A DNA stretch of 64,000 nt, taken from the NCBI GenBank assembly GCA_038087875.1, contig CM075993.1, positions 2,854,001-2,918,000 of the forward strand, in the 5' to 3' direction. Below are positions 62,616 to 64,000 of the stretch, one piece after another. Source of the DNA: Malacoraja senta. Its lineage: Eukaryota. The stretch's first letter is position 1. Each line of letters begins with the position of its first letter. The notes under the pieces were generated by a model. The model saw only the letters and a program-made list of their open reading frames with translations, searched no databases and was not told where the DNA came from. A program made the translations under genes and the position numbers.

Positions 62616-63571
62616 ACACAAGATGCTTTCCGAGTCAAAGACAGACAAAGTGAATTACAAAGTCCACGGTGAAACGTGGGCAACTCAATTAAAAAACAGC
62701 GTGAAGCGGAGTGTAAACAGGTCATCGCCAGCATAGTCCACAAACCCTAGCTCATCATCTCTGTGCAAACATTTACATTTCGGCTCGATTACCCTTTGCT
62801 TAAATAATCTTGATGAAGGAGCAGATTCACAAGGGCTCACGACTAGCATAACAGGGATGGCTTGTGGTGCCCAGCATCTGTTCCCCTTGTTTGAGGTGCT
62901 GTAACCTTCACACTTTGATAACAGATTATTGCACTGGATGACAGAAGCCTCCTCGTGGCGATCCCTGGAAGCGATGGCGCGATGCACACTGCGACGCGTC
63001 GGGCGACAATTCTGTCCACGTCGGACGAGGACAGAAGCCGACAGCGAGCTGCATCGTCTGACACGCGAGCGAACAATCGCTCTGGGTCTAGAGGGCAGCT
63101 CTTTGAACCAAAGTCTTCATTCACAGATGTGTGAGAAGGAACTGCAGATGCCGATTTCAACCGACAGACTGCTGGAGGAACTCAGCGGGATAGGCAGCAT
63201 CTCTGGAGAGAAGGAATGGGTCAAGATGGGACTTGACCCGAAACTTCTCTCCAGAGTCTTCCCTCGCAGGTACCTTGTTCCCAGATCTATCACCAGAACC
63301 AAAGTCGCTCGAGTCCCACCCGGCTCTGCCGACCAAATAGAAATATTTATCATTCACTTCCAGCCCTACTTAACGCCCATCTGTTCTCTAATTGTTCTCC
63401 ACTGTGGAAACAGCAGCGTGCAGTTACAGTAGTTAGTGGAGTTTGGCACTGATCAACATGTAGGAAGGAACTGCAGATGCTGATTTACACCGAAGATGGA
63501 CACAAAATGCTGGAGTAACTCAGCGGGACAGGCAGCATCTCTGGAGAGAAGGAATGGGTGACGTTTTGGGA

Positions 63572-63990
63572 CACAGAATCTCTTGCCCAGAGCAGGGGAA
63601 TCGAGGACCAGAGGGCATAGGTTTAAGGTGAAGGGGAAAAGATGTAATGGGTTTGTGGAATTCTCTGCCTCAGAGGGCGGTGGAGGCAGGTTCTCTGGAT
63701 GCTTTCAAGAGAGAGCTAGATAGGGCTCTTAAAAATAGCGGAGTCAGGGGATATGGGAAGAAGGCAGGAACGGGGTACTGATTGGGGATGATCAGCCATG
63801 ATCACATTGAATGGCGGTGCTAGCTCGAAGGGCCGAATGGCCTACTCCTGCACCTATTGTCTATTGTATCTGAGGGGTAACTTTCTTACACAAAAGGTGG
63901 TGAATGTATGGAACAAGCTGTCAGAAGAGGTAGTTGAGGCAGGGACTATCCTAACGCTTAAGAAACAGTCAGGCAGGTACATGGATAGGT
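63572..63990 (+). mobile_element. CR1 fragment interrupted by a young CR1 3' end (~63653-63867)
   Basis: Host resumes at ATCTGAGGGGTAAC. Confidence 0.8.
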
Positions 63991-64000
63991 ACACAAAAAT

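Noticed and set aside
62640..63432. ORFs of 100-167 aa
   Set aside because: No recognisable domain; the longer ones run into PLE repeat sequence

Overview
Repeat-dominated, apparently non-coding (intronic or intergenic) eukaryotic DNA. The repeat content points to an elasmobranch, plausibly a skate or ray (inference). It comprises tRNA-headed HE1-like V-SINEs, CR1 (HER1-like) LINE fragments, Penelope-like element (PLE) ends, Rex1/Babar and L2 fragments, several PIF/Harbinger-type and hAT-type MITEs, a probable solo LTR, long CA/TG microsatellites and a 200-N gap. I found no host protein-coding exon; the ORFs with recognisable homology are TE fragments. Main findings: (1) a ~130-bp TSD-flanked retroelement in two copies (13900-14035 and 58684-58814) whose 5' end folds as a 54-nt minimal HDV/CPEB3-like ribozyme almost lacking P4; (2) many PLE-derived short insertions carrying a minimal type I hammerhead core, also as palindromes and tandem arrays. 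Family names come from recalled motifs, not database searches; many boundaries are approximate.
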